A stretch of 57,272 nucleotides of DNA from a virus (taxonomy: Duplodnaviria; Caudoviricetes): positions 1 through 57,272 of IMG/VR virus record IMGVR_UViG_3300030372_004705. One strand, written 5' to 3'. This document shows, one piece after another, positions 20,087 through 31,580 of the stretch; the stretch's first letter is position 1, and every line of letters begins with the position of its first letter. Under the pieces are notes generated by a model. It worked only from the letters and a program-made list of their open reading frames with translations. It was not told the DNA's origin and made no database searches. The position numbers were made by a program, and so were the translations under genes.

Positions 20087-23000
20087 ATGGCAGATACTCA
20101 GCTAGTTGAAAGAATGAGGCAAGAATTATTATCTCAAGGTGTTGATTGGGATACTAATAAAATACAAAATTATATAACTTTACGAAAATCAGCTGCAAGA
20201 TTATCTAATGCAATGAATAATCAAGTATCAGAAAGACAACAAAATCAGCCAATGACTGATATGTTCTCATCTTACAGACCTAGTACAGAGTTAAAAATTC
20301 CCCAAGAAGATAAAAATGCATTATGGGACTTTACTGGTAATTTATTATGGGAAGCAATGGACTCAGCAACATTCGGTGCTGCAGGTTGGGCTGAGACCGA
20401 TCTAGAAGAAGCATTAACTGGTGGAGGACCAGAAGGTTTTGCTGGTAGAGTTGGAGCAGGTCTTGGTAGTTTTGCAGGATTTTTAATTCCTATGGCTGGA
20501 ACAGGCAAAGCAATAGGAGCTGGGGTTTCAGCTATGAAAGGCGGTACTAAATATGCTGCTAAAAAATTAACTGAAGAAGGTTATAAGTATTTAGGTGAAA
20601 CTGCTGTTAAAGGGCAAGGATATAAAGCTTTTAATAAACTATCTAATGTTGAAAAAGCAGATATATTTAAGCCATTTACTGATGATATTCTAGAGTTTGG
20701 TAGCAAACTATCTAACAAGCAAGTAAGAGAAGCGTATACTGGTCGTTTTGGAGCTAATTTACAAAGAGAAATAGCAGAAAGATTACAAAATGTTGGAATA
20801 AGGCCTACTTCAGCAAATGTTAAAGCTATAGAAGATGTTATTAAAAATGCTTCAGGTGTATCTAAAAATTCTACTTTACCTGTAGCTTCTTTAGAAGAAA
20901 AAATTAAATTAATATTAGGAAATACATTTGGAGCAAGTACTACAGCAGCTGTTGCAGCTACTGCTTTAGCAGAGGGTATTACGTTTGCTGCAGTAGAAAC
21001 ACCTTTTGAATTATTTAATTCTATGGAAGAAGGAAGAAAAGCTGATTATACAGGTAGAGCAGCTCATGCATTTGCTCTTGGTAATGCTTTAGGATTAATT
21101 AAATATGTCCCAGGTGGTAAAGACTGGAAAGCTGGAGGTATTGCGAAAGAAGCTATTAAAGGTTGGAGAATTATTAATAAAAAGAAACCTATTGCATCGC
21201 TTGATTTATCTGACGCAAGTGCTAGAAAACAATTACAAACCTTTGCAGAAAGTGTTTACAATAGAACAGGTGGTCAAATCTTTAGAGATAAAATGGGTGA
21301 TTTAGGTATTTATCATAAGGGTGATATTGCTACTATAATGAATAAAAAAGGTGGTGCTAAGAAAATACAAGAAATTATGATGAGTATTGAAAGAGATTTT
21401 AGTAAACGTTGGTTACCTACATTTATTAAAGAAGCATCAGAAGATATTGTTGGAGCAACACCAAGAATGTTAGCTGGATCTATGGCATTTAATTATGAGA
21501 TGGTATTTGCTGAAGATATACCTTTAGAAGATAAGGTTTTTCATGCTTTACTTGGTGCTTATATGACTAAAAAAGGTAGGAAATTAGAGTATACAGGTCA
21601 AGGTGGTAGCGTAGAATCTTATACTATATCTGATAAAAATAGACCAAGTGATAATTTTAATACTATAGGCAACTATTTAGAAGTACTAGGAATGCATCCT
21701 AAGGATTATAATTTAAGTGCTGCAATAGCATCTGAAAGAATATTGCAAAAATTCCCTGCTAATATAAGAGAAACAGATGATATAAAGTCATTAGAAAAAA
21801 TATTAGAGCCTGTTATTGTTCAAGATAATGGAACAAATCCACCTAAACCTAAAAAGAATGCAGGTCAAGAGGGAACCAATCCTATTTATGAATATTTAAT
21901 GGTTATCTATGATAGGCAAATAGGGCAAAGAAAAGGCACTAGAATGCTTGGCCCTGATAGGGTAACTAGAGAACAGATTAAAGCTATTGAAAGTAAATTA
22001 AAAAAACATGATTTCTTAAGTATTACAGAAACAGGTGGTATTAATAAATTATCCCATATTGATGATATAATGTATAATGCTGCTGATGGGACTATGAAAA
22101 AAGTAATTGATTTACATGTTGATGCTATGATAGATATGTACAATCATCTTGCAGGGGCTGGTATCAACATTACTAGATCTGCTGATACTAATGTTCCTAC
22201 TATGTTATGGCAGATTAGTGGAAGAGGAAAGCAAGGTGAAAAACTTACTGCAGAAAATAAAGAATTATTAGCTACATATATGAGAATGCTTAACGCATTT
22301 GATGGTAGACAGGTGGTGATTAATAAAGATAAAGGTCAAAGAAAAAGAGTAACTAATGAAGACTTTAAAGGTTTAAAAGAAATAGTTGATAAATTTGAAA
22401 CAAAGATAGATGAAATAATATATGGCGATAGTAAATTAAGTATGACTAGAGCTCATAAATTAATGCAAGAAGGATCTTTATATGAACTAATAGTAGGACA
22501 ACAATTTTATAAGGGTATACGAGAAACTCATCAAAAATTAAATGATACAAATAATTCTAAAAAATCATGGAATATACAACCAGAAAATGAAGGTTCAGGC
22601 AAACATGATGGTATTATATTTGATGACTTAATTACACAATTGCTATATCATCCTGATGGATCTTTATATAAAAGTATAGAATTTGGGAAAGGTGTATCGG
22701 AATCTCAAAAAAGAATGATTAATACACTTCATAGATTACTCTCCTCAGATCCTAATGGCGACTCTATTTTATTTGAAGGTCAATCTCATAGCATTACTAT
22801 TACTGGTAATGATAAATTAGCATTAAACAATTTAAGAGAAGTGCTATATCGTAATCAGATGAAAAATTTATTATATGAAAGTGCTATAGATTCAAGTCAA
22901 TTTATACATTCTTACCAAGATTATGCATTTAGAACTTTTTTAAATTCAGCAGTAAAAAGAAATGGTAAACCATTAAATGCTAATGATAGAGCTGCAGTTA

Positions 23001-26000
23001 GCCAATTGTTAGATTTTAGATTACTAGGTCCTAATTTTCAATTAATTGATGTTATTGGAGTAATAGAGAATTTACAATCGGTTGCATTAAATCCTGGTAA
23101 ATTAACAGTAGAAGCTGGACGTCTTTTAGATGGAGGTAAACCTTTTCACTTTGAATCTAAATCATTTGCTGAATTAGATTTACCAAAAGGACTCAAGAGC
23201 TCTATGGAAGCATTGCAAGAACGTGGAATTAAAACTGCTGACCAAATAGAATTAATGATTAAAACATATAAAGATATTATTGAGCCTTTAATGACAGATG
23301 GCAAAGGCAATGGATTTATTAAACCTTCTACTACTATTACGCAAATTACTGAAGCTCAATTAGAAAATATAATATTTAAATTAGATGCTATATATAAAAT
23401 GAAGGATACTAGGTTTCATGATAATTTATTGCAGCAATTAAGTAATTTAAAAGATGGAGTTGATGGTATAGATGATGTTTCAAGAGAATCATTGAATTAT
23501 TTATATCATTTATATGGTAGTGGAAGAGCAAGTACATCTCAATTAATAAGAGGTATGGCTGAAAGAAAGCTTTATAGCTTTAAAGATCAGGAAATAATTA
23601 TTGATCCTGGGGATAAATTTCTAAAAGAAAAAATTAAAGAAGTTATAACAGACGTTGAATTTGATGTTGCGACTAGAAGTGATGCTGCATTATTAGAAGG
23701 AAAGATTAATAAATTTAAAACTTTTGAAAGTAGAGATAGCGAAGTAAATGTCTATCAAAATGTTACTAAACAAAGCTTGATAGCAGATTATAATTTACCT
23801 GAAAGTGTTAAATTTGAACGTAAGGATCTATCTGATGTAATAAATGAAGCACATAAAATCAATGGAGATGGTGAAAAGGTTTACTTTAAAGAACGTCCTA
23901 ATGAACTATCAATGACATATGAGCAACAGTTTAAGTTTTTAAGCGAGTTGCAAAAGGCTGTAGTTAGTGCAGGTGAAACTAGAGTATTAAGAAGGCTTAG
24001 CGGTACTGAAGGATATGGTATATGGACTGAATCAGATTATACAGTATTTGACAATCATTTATTTAAAGAATTAGACAATATTGTAGGTAAAGATGGTTGG
24101 GCAATAGTTGATATGGATTTTGCAAATAGACGAAATGGAGTAGATAATGCTCGTATTAATGAAAATGGATCTAAATTAAAGTTATACAACTTGATTTATA
24201 ATACTCGTAAGCATATTGATACAAAATTAAGAACAGATGATTATGGTACTTTAATGCACGAAAAACATCAAGGTGGTGTGGTAGTTGAAATACCTGGTGT
24301 TAAATGGGCTATATCTATAAACAAGAATAAATTAGATAAAGTTGTTAATATAGTTAGACATAAATTAGATGAATATAAAAAAACATATACTGATCCTAAA
24401 TTTAAAGGCATATTCAGAGAGTTAGAAAAGCATTTTCAAGTTATTACTGAAAAACAAAAAAAAGGTCCTAAAGGTAAAGAAAAAGAAGAAATAGTATACA
24501 GACCATCAGATGTATTAACTGAAGGTAGCTCTTTAGAAACATTGTTAACTGTAATTCAAAATGATGCGTGGATGAAAAAATATTGGTGGGACCATTTAGC
24601 AGAAGTACATAATAATAAAAATGATCAAACTGGTGTAAAATTAGCAAGAAGAATTAAAATGTATGCAAATACTAGTATGCGTATGCTTAGTGATACTCAA
24701 CTTTCAGAAACACTAAAACTATTCCAAGAGAATATTTCTAATAAAAAAGAATTACGTCAAAACAGTGCCTATAAAGGATTGAAAAAATTAAAGAAAAATG
24801 GTGGTATGAGAATAATCATTGCTCGTGATGAAAACTTTGAATTAGGTGGTAGGCAATTTTCAGTATTAAAGGAATTAGATGCTCAAATCAAAGGAGAGAA
24901 AGCAAAAAATCCATTACTTGACTTTGTTGAAATTAAAGAAGGACCAGAGGGACAATTAGAGTTTGCTGGGGGTAAAGATTTAAGTAAAGTAGATTCATAC
25001 ATGGTTATTGACAAAACTACTTTAGATGGGTTAATGGGATTAAATGGAGCTGGTTATGTCAGTGGTGCTGGTGGTATTAAACCAATGATTCATAAAATAG
25101 GAGATGGTGTAATATTAGGTAAAACAGCATTTATTACAGATCCTAATATGACTAAGTTTTTTAAGAAAAATAATTTAGATGGAGTATTATTTGAATCAGG
25201 AGCAAAGATTGTAAATGAAAATTCTAAAATTTATACTGAGTTTGATTCTATGGAAAGCCTAGCAAAGAAAACAAAGATTTCTAAAGATCATGTCGAGTTA
25301 TTAAAGTTAGAAGATATGTCGTTAGGCTTTGTTGTTAAACCTAATCATAACGCTACTTTACCATACCAGGTAACTAACCATTTAAATTTAGCAGAAAGTA
25401 GAGATTTATTTGATAATTATTTAAAATCAGAGTTAAATGAATTTGTAAAAGATTCTCAAAGATATTTTAGTATATCAGATCCTTTAGAAGGATTAGCTAT
25501 GGCAAAAATGATGTCAGAGGGAGCTAGTGGCACTAGTCCAAACTCATTATATGCTAGATGGATTAATAGTAATGGATTTATACATAGCCAAGTAATAATG
25601 CCTGATTTTATACGACATATTAAAAGTAATAGAATAGATAAAGGTGGAATTATGAGCATGCAAACTCCTCATGGAGGACAAGCTGTTAATTCGCCTGGAG
25701 AAAAGTTAAGATTTACTACGTTTACCAAAGGAGAAGGTCAAACTGGGGAAATATTTACATATGGAGAAGCATTATTGCCTCATGTGTCTGGAGATAAGCC
25801 TATAGATTTACAAAATCTTCATATAATAAAACATAAATCAAAAGGCAAGGATGAATTAGTACATATTTCAAAAATTAAAGGAGCTGATAAATTAATTAGC
25901 GATAGAATGTTATTAAAAGATGCTTTAAAAGCAATTAAATCAATTAATAAAAACTATCAAATTGCTGTTACTTACAGGCGTAATCCTAGTACTAGACCTG

Positions 26001-28702
26001 GTGATATGGTTATTGTAGGTATAAAGGATTTATTACATGCAGATTATGGAAATCAAACAAAACTTAATGCTTCTGACTTTGCTCTTAGATTAGAAGGTGA
26101 TTATGATGTAGATAAAACAGATTTTTTCTGGGATGCTCCTACAAGTGTATTAAATAAATGGAAAGCGTTATCTGGTGAAGTATTAAGAGCTAATCCAGAT
26201 ACTTATGAATCTGGAAATAAAACAAGTTTAAGAAAGAAATCAAGTGGTGGATTAGTAGAGAAGTTTGATTGGGTTAATCCTACTAGTGTAAAAGAGTGGG
26301 ATACTCATTTAGCTAATTCAGAAAAATTAAGAGGAACAATTGTTAAAACTCAAAGATTATTATCAGCTTTAGAACATTATGATTCATCCCCTAATTTAAT
26401 CCAAACTACTGAGGGTAAAGGCATTGGAGGTTTTGCATTAAATTTAAAAAATGTTGAAAATGGTGGTTATATCTATGTAGACCCTATTAAATTAAGAAAA
26501 GCTAGAAGATTATTGGCTGAAGATATACAAAATATCACTGATTCTTTAACAGGATATAATGATAGAGTATATAATCAAAATTGGTATCAAGACTTTTTAT
26601 TTGGAGGTATAAGCGGAAGGTATGAAGGTATATTTAGTAGAGCCGCATATGATAAAACTGTTAAAAAAGGCAAATGGGTTCCAAATCCTGATTCAGAATG
26701 GTCTGCTACTAATGTAGAAAGAGCTATTATTACTGAAGCTATTAAGCCTTACAATGCTATGTTGAGATTAGGTACATCTTTATTTTCTAATGGAAAGCAA
26801 GAAAACGTAAGATATGAGGACTTTTTAACTAATATGGCACAATATGATGCCTCTATGAATAATCTGTCTAATAGAGTGTATTGGAAGCTTAAAAATCAAG
26901 GCTCTGCAAAAACTAAGGTAGACTTAGCTGATTTAAATAAGTACTTTCTTAATAAGAATCAAAAAGTTGAAAATATATTTGGTGACTTTGGTCAAAACAT
27001 TAGACCAGGTTTATTCCAGAGAGGTATTCCAACTAAAGTAGGTGATCAATTTCCAAATATGTTAGCTTTTGAAAGAACAATGTCAGTCTTAGTGCATAAT
27101 GATTATATGAAATTAGAACTTCCTGGGAAGTTAGAGGGTGAAGCTTTAAATAATTATCACGATTTTTATAGTAAACATATGTATAGTGAAAACTATGATG
27201 CTGTAGGTAAAGAATTTATTAAGCAATTGCAAAAAAATGACAAAATGTTTGGTTATGCAAATTATTTAGCATTTAATATTAGTAAGCAGCAAGGAGCAAG
27301 AAGAAATGCTTTAGCTAAAGGTCAGAAAAATTTAGCAGAAGTAATACAAGAATCTATTGAAAGGTTGGAAGCTCAAAAAAATACAGTAGAAACTTCATTA
27401 ATTTTCGGTGAAGGCGCTCCAGGTGCAGGTATGGAATATGCTAAAAAAATAAGAGATGGAGTTATATCTTCTTATATTAATGATGTTTATAAGCATAATA
27501 GACTTCCTAAAGATTGGAATGAAAAAGCAAGGCCAGCAAAAGGTGATCTTAGACCTGATCAATTAAGTAAAAGTTTCCCAGAAGGGAAAGCTGGAGAACA
27601 TGAAATTACTAGTTTTGTAAAAAATAATTATAGTTTATTTAGAAATTATGCTCGTAATAAAGGTGTAATTAAATTTAAAGGTGTATCTACTCCAGAACAA
27701 ATAGAGCTTTTAATATGGAATAATATGTTAAGTAAATATGCTCAAATAGGAATACATGATATGTATAGTGGTAGAGATAAAGCTTTAGAGATGGATAAAG
27801 ATATAGCTGATTTTCAAAAGTTTTATAGAAATGAATGGAGACAAAACTTAAGTGGTAGTGATTGGACTGCTGATCAAACTAGAACTAGTAGTATAGTTAA
27901 CGACAGGTTAGAATTATTATTTCAAAAATGGAATATTCCAGGAAAAGGAACTGAAGAAGGTGGTCATGGTATGTTAATGCTATGGAAATTAATGAAACCT
28001 GCAGAAGATCCAAATGCCTTTACATATCTTCACAGAAGAATTACTCCAGCATTTAAATCAGAAAGCTTGTCTATGTTGAAACTTGGATTGAGATTTATAT
28101 CTAATGCTCCTGATAATTATATAACTAAAATAGTAAAAGATGGTATATTTGATCATACTGCTAGATGGTATAATAACAGCTTTAGAGCAATGTATGGTCA
28201 ACAAGGAGAAAGAGGCAATGCATTATTAAATAGATTAAGCAATGAAATGAATCATCAATCTGATGTTTTTGCTGGTGCACCTTTAGTTGATAATATTAAA
28301 GGATGGAAACCAGGATTTCAAGAAATAGAATTAAATGATAATCTTGCTTTGTTATTTGGTAATGATAGAAGAAGTATTACTAGCGTATTTGCAAATTCTA
28401 TAGTAGATCCATCTGTTGTAGGCAATATGTCCAGTCTGTCTAAATGGGCATTTAGTCCTGTAGCATATATACCAGAAAGCACTAGTCTTATGAATTACCC
28501 TTCAATTAATGGTTTCAAAAACTTTAAACAAGCAAATATGACTGATGCTAATATTATGTTAGGTAATTCTCATAATCTGAATTTGTTATTCAATAGAACA
28601 CCGAAAGTAATAGATCAACCATATAGTAATATGCATGAAAAATCATCTAGAGGTTACGAATCGCTAGAGCAAAGAATTAATGAAAAAGTAGGATGTAAAT
28701 AA
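20087..28702 (+). CDS. Giant internal virion protein, putative single-chain two-barrel (DPBB) virion RNA polymerase
   Basis: YRRNP...EGDYDVDK (DxDxD at 26099-26113) resembles the R-x-P...DFDID site of crAss-like phi14:2 gp66; upstream D and K..K motifs (VDSY, IKP, LGKT). Confidence 0.72.
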   Translation: MADTQLVERMRQELLSQGVDWDTNKIQNYITLRKSAARLSNAMNNQVSERQQNQPMTDMFSSYRPSTELKIPQEDKNALWDFTGNLLWEAMDSATFGAAGWAETDLEEALTGGGPEGFAGRVGAGLGSFAGFLIPMAGTGKAIGAGVSAMKGGTKYAAKKLTEEGYKYLGETAVKGQGYKAFNKLSNVEKADIFKPFTDDILEFGSKLSNKQVREAYTGRFGANLQREIAERLQNVGIRPTSANVKAIEDVIKNASGVSKNSTLPVASLEEKIKLILGNTFGASTTAAVAATALAEGITFAAVETPFELFNSMEEGRKADYTGRAAHAFALGNALGLIKYVPGGKDWKAGGIAKEAIKGWRIINKKKPIASLDLSDASARKQLQTFAESVYNRTGGQIFRDKMGDLGIYHKGDIATIMNKKGGAKKIQEIMMSIERDFSKRWLPTFIKEASEDIVGATPRMLAGSMAFNYEMVFAEDIPLEDKVFHALLGAYMTKKGRKLEYTGQGGSVESYTISDKNRPSDNFNTIGNYLEVLGMHPKDYNLSAAIASERILQKFPANIRETDDIKSLEKILEPVIVQDNGTNPPKPKKNAGQEGTNPIYEYLMVIYDRQIGQRKGTRMLGPDRVTREQIKAIESKLKKHDFLSITETGGINKLSHIDDIMYNAADGTMKKVIDLHVDAMIDMYNHLAGAGINITRSADTNVPTMLWQISGRGKQGEKLTAENKELLATYMRMLNAFDGRQVVINKDKGQRKRVTNEDFKGLKEIVDKFETKIDEIIYGDSKLSMTRAHKLMQEGSLYELIVGQQFYKGIRETHQKLNDTNNSKKSWNIQPENEGSGKHDGIIFDDLITQLLYHPDGSLYKSIEFGKGVSESQKRMINTLHRLLSSDPNGDSILFEGQSHSITITGNDKLALNNLREVLYRNQMKNLLYESAIDSSQFIHSYQDYAFRTFLNSAVKRNGKPLNANDRAAVSQLLDFRLLGPNFQLIDVIGVIENLQSVALNPGKLTVEAGRLLDGGKPFHFESKSFAELDLPKGLKSSMEALQERGIKTADQIELMIKTYKDIIEPLMTDGKGNGFIKPSTTITQITEAQLENIIFKLDAIYKMKDTRFHDNLLQQLSNLKDGVDGIDDVSRESLNYLYHLYGSGRASTSQLIRGMAERKLYSFKDQEIIIDPGDKFLKEKIKEVITDVEFDVATRSDAALLEGKINKFKTFESRDSEVNVYQNVTKQSLIADYNLPESVKFERKDLSDVINEAHKINGDGEKVYFKERPNELSMTYEQQFKFLSELQKAVVSAGETRVLRRLSGTEGYGIWTESDYTVFDNHLFKELDNIVGKDGWAIVDMDFANRRNGVDNARINENGSKLKLYNLIYNTRKHIDTKLRTDDYGTLMHEKHQGGVVVEIPGVKWAISINKNKLDKVVNIVRHKLDEYKKTYTDPKFKGIFRELEKHFQVITEKQKKGPKGKEKEEIVYRPSDVLTEGSSLETLLTVIQNDAWMKKYWWDHLAEVHNNKNDQTGVKLARRIKMYANTSMRMLSDTQLSETLKLFQENISNKKELRQNSAYKGLKKLKKNGGMRIIIARDENFELGGRQFSVLKELDAQIKGEKAKNPLLDFVEIKEGPEGQLEFAGGKDLSKVDSYMVIDKTTLDGLMGLNGAGYVSGAGGIKPMIHKIGDGVILGKTAFITDPNMTKFFKKNNLDGVLFESGAKIVNENSKIYTEFDSMESLAKKTKISKDHVELLKLEDMSLGFVVKPNHNATLPYQVTNHLNLAESRDLFDNYLKSELNEFVKDSQRYFSISDPLEGLAMAKMMSEGASGTSPNSLYARWINSNGFIHSQVIMPDFIRHIKSNRIDKGGIMSMQTPHGGQAVNSPGEKLRFTTFTKGEGQTGEIFTYGEALLPHVSGDKPIDLQNLHIIKHKSKGKDELVHISKIKGADKLISDRMLLKDALKAIKSINKNYQIAVTYRRNPSTRPGDMVIVGIKDLLHADYGNQTKLNASDFALRLEGDYDVDKTDFFWDAPTSVLNKWKALSGEVLRANPDTYESGNKTSLRKKSSGGLVEKFDWVNPTSVKEWDTHLANSEKLRGTIVKTQRLLSALEHYDSSPNLIQTTEGKGIGGFALNLKNVENGGYIYVDPIKLRKARRLLAEDIQNITDSLTGYNDRVYNQNWYQDFLFGGISGRYEGIFSRAAYDKTVKKGKWVPNPDSEWSATNVERAIITEAIKPYNAMLRLGTSLFSNGKQENVRYEDFLTNMAQYDASMNNLSNRVYWKLKNQGSAKTKVDLADLNKYFLNKNQKVENIFGDFGQNIRPGLFQRGIPTKVGDQFPNMLAFERTMSVLVHNDYMKLELPGKLEGEALNNYHDFYSKHMYSENYDAVGKEFIKQLQKNDKMFGYANYLAFNISKQQGARRNALAKGQKNLAEVIQESIERLEAQKNTVETSLIFGEGAPGAGMEYAKKIRDGVISSYINDVYKHNRLPKDWNEKARPAKGDLRPDQLSKSFPEGKAGEHEITSFVKNNYSLFRNYARNKGVIKFKGVSTPEQIELLIWNNMLSKYAQIGIHDMYSGRDKALEMDKDIADFQKFYRNEWRQNLSGSDWTADQTRTSSIVNDRLELLFQKWNIPGKGTEEGGHGMLMLWKLMKPAEDPNAFTYLHRRITPAFKSESLSMLKLGLRFISNAPDNYITKIVKDGIFDHTARWYNNSFRAMYGQQGERGNALLNRLSNEMNHQSDVFAGAPLVDNIKGWKPGFQEIELNDNLALLFGNDRRSITSVFANSIVDPSVVGNMSSLSKWAFSPVAYIPESTSLMNYPSINGFKNFKQANMTDANIMLGNSHNLNLLFNRTPKVIDQPYSNMHEKSSRGYESLEQRINEKVGCK

Positions 28703-28714
28703 TAAAGGAGATGT

Positions 28715-31426
28715 ATGTCTAAAGCAGATTGTATACCAGATTTATTTGAATCAGAAGATATAGCTAATGCTGAAAATTTAAAACGTATTAGTAAAAAATG
28801 GTTTGATAATGGAGCTATTCAAGCTTATACAAAAGGACGACATAGGGATTTTGAAACTTTTTATCATCAAACATTACCACATTTAGATTTTCAATTAAGT
28901 AGAATTCCAAATGCTAAAGAATTGAAAACTTTAGAACGTAAAATGAATAGTTATTTAAAGCAATTAAACAAAGGAACTCCTTCTGCGCTAGGCAAATTAT
29001 TTAAATTACCTGAAAATATATTAAGTAAAACTCCAGTAAGTAAGAAGTATTTCGGAGATATGGTACGTATAAGCAATTATTATAGAGGTGAACTTCAAGA
29101 TATTACATCAGATTTAAAGTTGATTGAAACTGCTTTAAATAAAGCTTCTGCTGAAAGTACTATAATGAACAAATTTAGTTTAACAAGAAAAAATGCTCAA
29201 AAGAAATTACAAGATTTGTATACTGATTATAAAAGATATAAAAAAGAAGGTAAAAATGAAGCTGCTGAGGCATTCTACCAAGAACATTTATCTGACAAAG
29301 CATTGCGTAATGCAGATCATCAATTACAAACAATGCAAAGATTATGGGAATTAATGACTAATCCTGATCTTATTGCAAAACAAGATCCAACTAAAGTTAA
29401 GCTTGATTATGGTGCAGATCTATATGATGCGGCTTCTGCTTGGCATTTTGGTAGTGGTAATAAGCCAGCAGTAAAAGATAGATTATGGAAAATATTAGGT
29501 AACGGATTAAAAGCTAATATTGATATGTTAAAATTGGCACAAAGTGATTATAATACTGTTAATTTTCAAGTTAAAAAACTAGAACAGCTATATAATGATT
29601 ACTTTTCTAAAAATGCACCTAATAAGCCAAAAGATTATTTTCCTAGACAAGTATTGGACATAGCTCCTACTTTTACAAGATTAAGTGATGATATGCATTC
29701 TGGGTATTTAGATAAACATCCTGGACATGTTACTAAATATATTGATAGAATGGTGACAGAAGTAAGAGAAAATTTAAAGGTTCCTGGGCATACATTTGAA
29801 AGAGCTTTAGATGCGCCAGTTAAAACCTCTAAAGATGTATTGGATATATTAAATACATATGCTCACAATACAGTTAGATTTAATTATAATGCAAATGTTT
29901 CTAAAAGTACAATTAAAGCTTTAAGAGATTTACATGAATTATCAGGTACTGACTTTGATAGTCACCTACAATTTATGAGTGAATATATTAAAGATACCCA
30001 TGATGCTGCTTTAGGATTAAAATTTAGAAACAATAAGCTTACTAATATATCTAGAGCTATTACTTCATGGGAGTTTATATCTAAATTAGGTTTTAATGCA
30101 CGTACAGTAGCTAGAAATGCTACTCAATCATTACAAAACTGGGTATATTTTGGAAATAAAGCTATTAAAGAATCAATGCGAGATATGCATTCCGATAAAT
30201 ATAAAACTATGCTTGCTGAAGAAATGGCTAGGCATGGATATGAATTTGTAAATATTCAGGAATTTGCTATGCCAAGAGAGTTAATGAGTAATTTAAATTT
30301 AGATTCTAGCGGTAAAGTAGTTCAATCTGAGGCAAGTACTGCTAGTAAATGGAATAATTATTTAGAGAAAGTTGCAACATTTGCTGGTAAACCTATGCAA
30401 TGGGTTGAAAATCATGTTAATCGTGGTCTTACATTTAAAATAGCATTTACAGAGCGATATAATGCACTTAAAAATGATACTATTTTAAGACAACAATTAA
30501 AGAAAGCTGAAGGAAAAGGCTTAGATGGGGCTGAATTTAATGCTTTGGTTGAAAAAACACGTAGAAATCAAGCTTCGAGATATGCTGCTAATATGGTAAA
30601 GGAATTACACTACTTATATGATCCATGGGCTAAACCAGCGATAACAAGGAATCCTGTTGGTTCAGTATTAGGTCAGTTTACTACATATAGTATTAATTTT
30701 TTTGAATATCAACGTAAAATTGCTGCTAAAGGTGGAAGTGATATATTAGCCAGAGAATGGAATTCACCTGAAGCTTGGAGATTATATAGATTAGGAATGT
30801 TATATACCGCTGTTACAGGATTAGGTGCTATTACAAATACTAAATGGAGTAATTTAGTCCAAAATGATACATGGGAAAGAATAACAAGATTAGATCAATA
30901 TTTAAGAGGTGATGAGAAAGCAAAAGAAAAAGCATTTTTTGGCAAGGATCCTATTACAGCTACATTTGGTGGACCATTTGTATCTGATGTTATGAAAATT
31001 GGATCATTGATTAATTTCCAAAGAATGAATAGTAGTGATTTTAATTCTTATCATCAATATTATCATGATGCTGCAAAAAGAACTAAAGACAAAAAGATAG
31101 AGGAATTCGTGAGAACTTTAAATACTCAAATAGGAAGATTGATTTATACTACTGGGCCTCGAATGATAAACGGAGCTGGATTTCCAACTTTATTAGGTCA
31201 AGAGCTTGGATTATACAATACTCCTGAATTAAGTAATATTAAAGATAAGATGTTATATCCTCTGCAGGAATTTTTACCTAAACCTGCATCAACATATTTT
31301 ACACCTGAAAAACCTAAGAAAAAACGTTCAAAACCGAAGCCCAATAGTCAATATAGTGATCAAGAAATACAAAATATCATGATGATATTAGATTCTATGC
31401 AAAAATCTCAATTATCACAACCTTAA
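28715..31426 (+). CDS. Large putative ejection protein
   Basis: AAGGAG SD; ARNATQ and LGQFTTY motifs of the kind seen in podovirus internal virion proteins; 903 aa. Confidence 0.6.
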   Translation: MSKADCIPDLFESEDIANAENLKRISKKWFDNGAIQAYTKGRHRDFETFYHQTLPHLDFQLSRIPNAKELKTLERKMNSYLKQLNKGTPSALGKLFKLPENILSKTPVSKKYFGDMVRISNYYRGELQDITSDLKLIETALNKASAESTIMNKFSLTRKNAQKKLQDLYTDYKRYKKEGKNEAAEAFYQEHLSDKALRNADHQLQTMQRLWELMTNPDLIAKQDPTKVKLDYGADLYDAASAWHFGSGNKPAVKDRLWKILGNGLKANIDMLKLAQSDYNTVNFQVKKLEQLYNDYFSKNAPNKPKDYFPRQVLDIAPTFTRLSDDMHSGYLDKHPGHVTKYIDRMVTEVRENLKVPGHTFERALDAPVKTSKDVLDILNTYAHNTVRFNYNANVSKSTIKALRDLHELSGTDFDSHLQFMSEYIKDTHDAALGLKFRNNKLTNISRAITSWEFISKLGFNARTVARNATQSLQNWVYFGNKAIKESMRDMHSDKYKTMLAEEMARHGYEFVNIQEFAMPRELMSNLNLDSSGKVVQSEASTASKWNNYLEKVATFAGKPMQWVENHVNRGLTFKIAFTERYNALKNDTILRQQLKKAEGKGLDGAEFNALVEKTRRNQASRYAANMVKELHYLYDPWAKPAITRNPVGSVLGQFTTYSINFFEYQRKIAAKGGSDILAREWNSPEAWRLYRLGMLYTAVTGLGAITNTKWSNLVQNDTWERITRLDQYLRGDEKAKEKAFFGKDPITATFGGPFVSDVMKIGSLINFQRMNSSDFNSYHQYYHDAAKRTKDKKIEEFVRTLNTQIGRLIYTTGPRMINGAGFPTLLGQELGLYNTPELSNIKDKMLYPLQEFLPKPASTYFTPEKPKKKRSKPKPNSQYSDQEIQNIMMILDSMQKSQLSQP

Positions 31427-31579
31427 ATCTTGATTTCTCATTTCTATTAAACTTTTTAAATATCCATATAGTGCAAATTGTTCTTCTATCATATCTATTG
31501 CTTTTTGACTAATTGGTTGATTACTTTGTAATTTGCTTTCTATATATTTCAATGATTCTTTATCATTTTTACTAAGCAT
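31415..31579 (-). CDS. 54-aa hypothetical protein (not in ORF track); last gene of the minus-strand arm
   Basis: AGGAG SD; MLSKNDKESLKYIESKLQ...; overlaps the convergent gene by 12 nt. Confidence 0.6.
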   Translation of the reverse strand: MLSKNDKESLKYIESKLQSNQPISQKAIDMIEEQFALYGYLKSLIEMRNQDLRL

Positions 31580-31580
31580 G

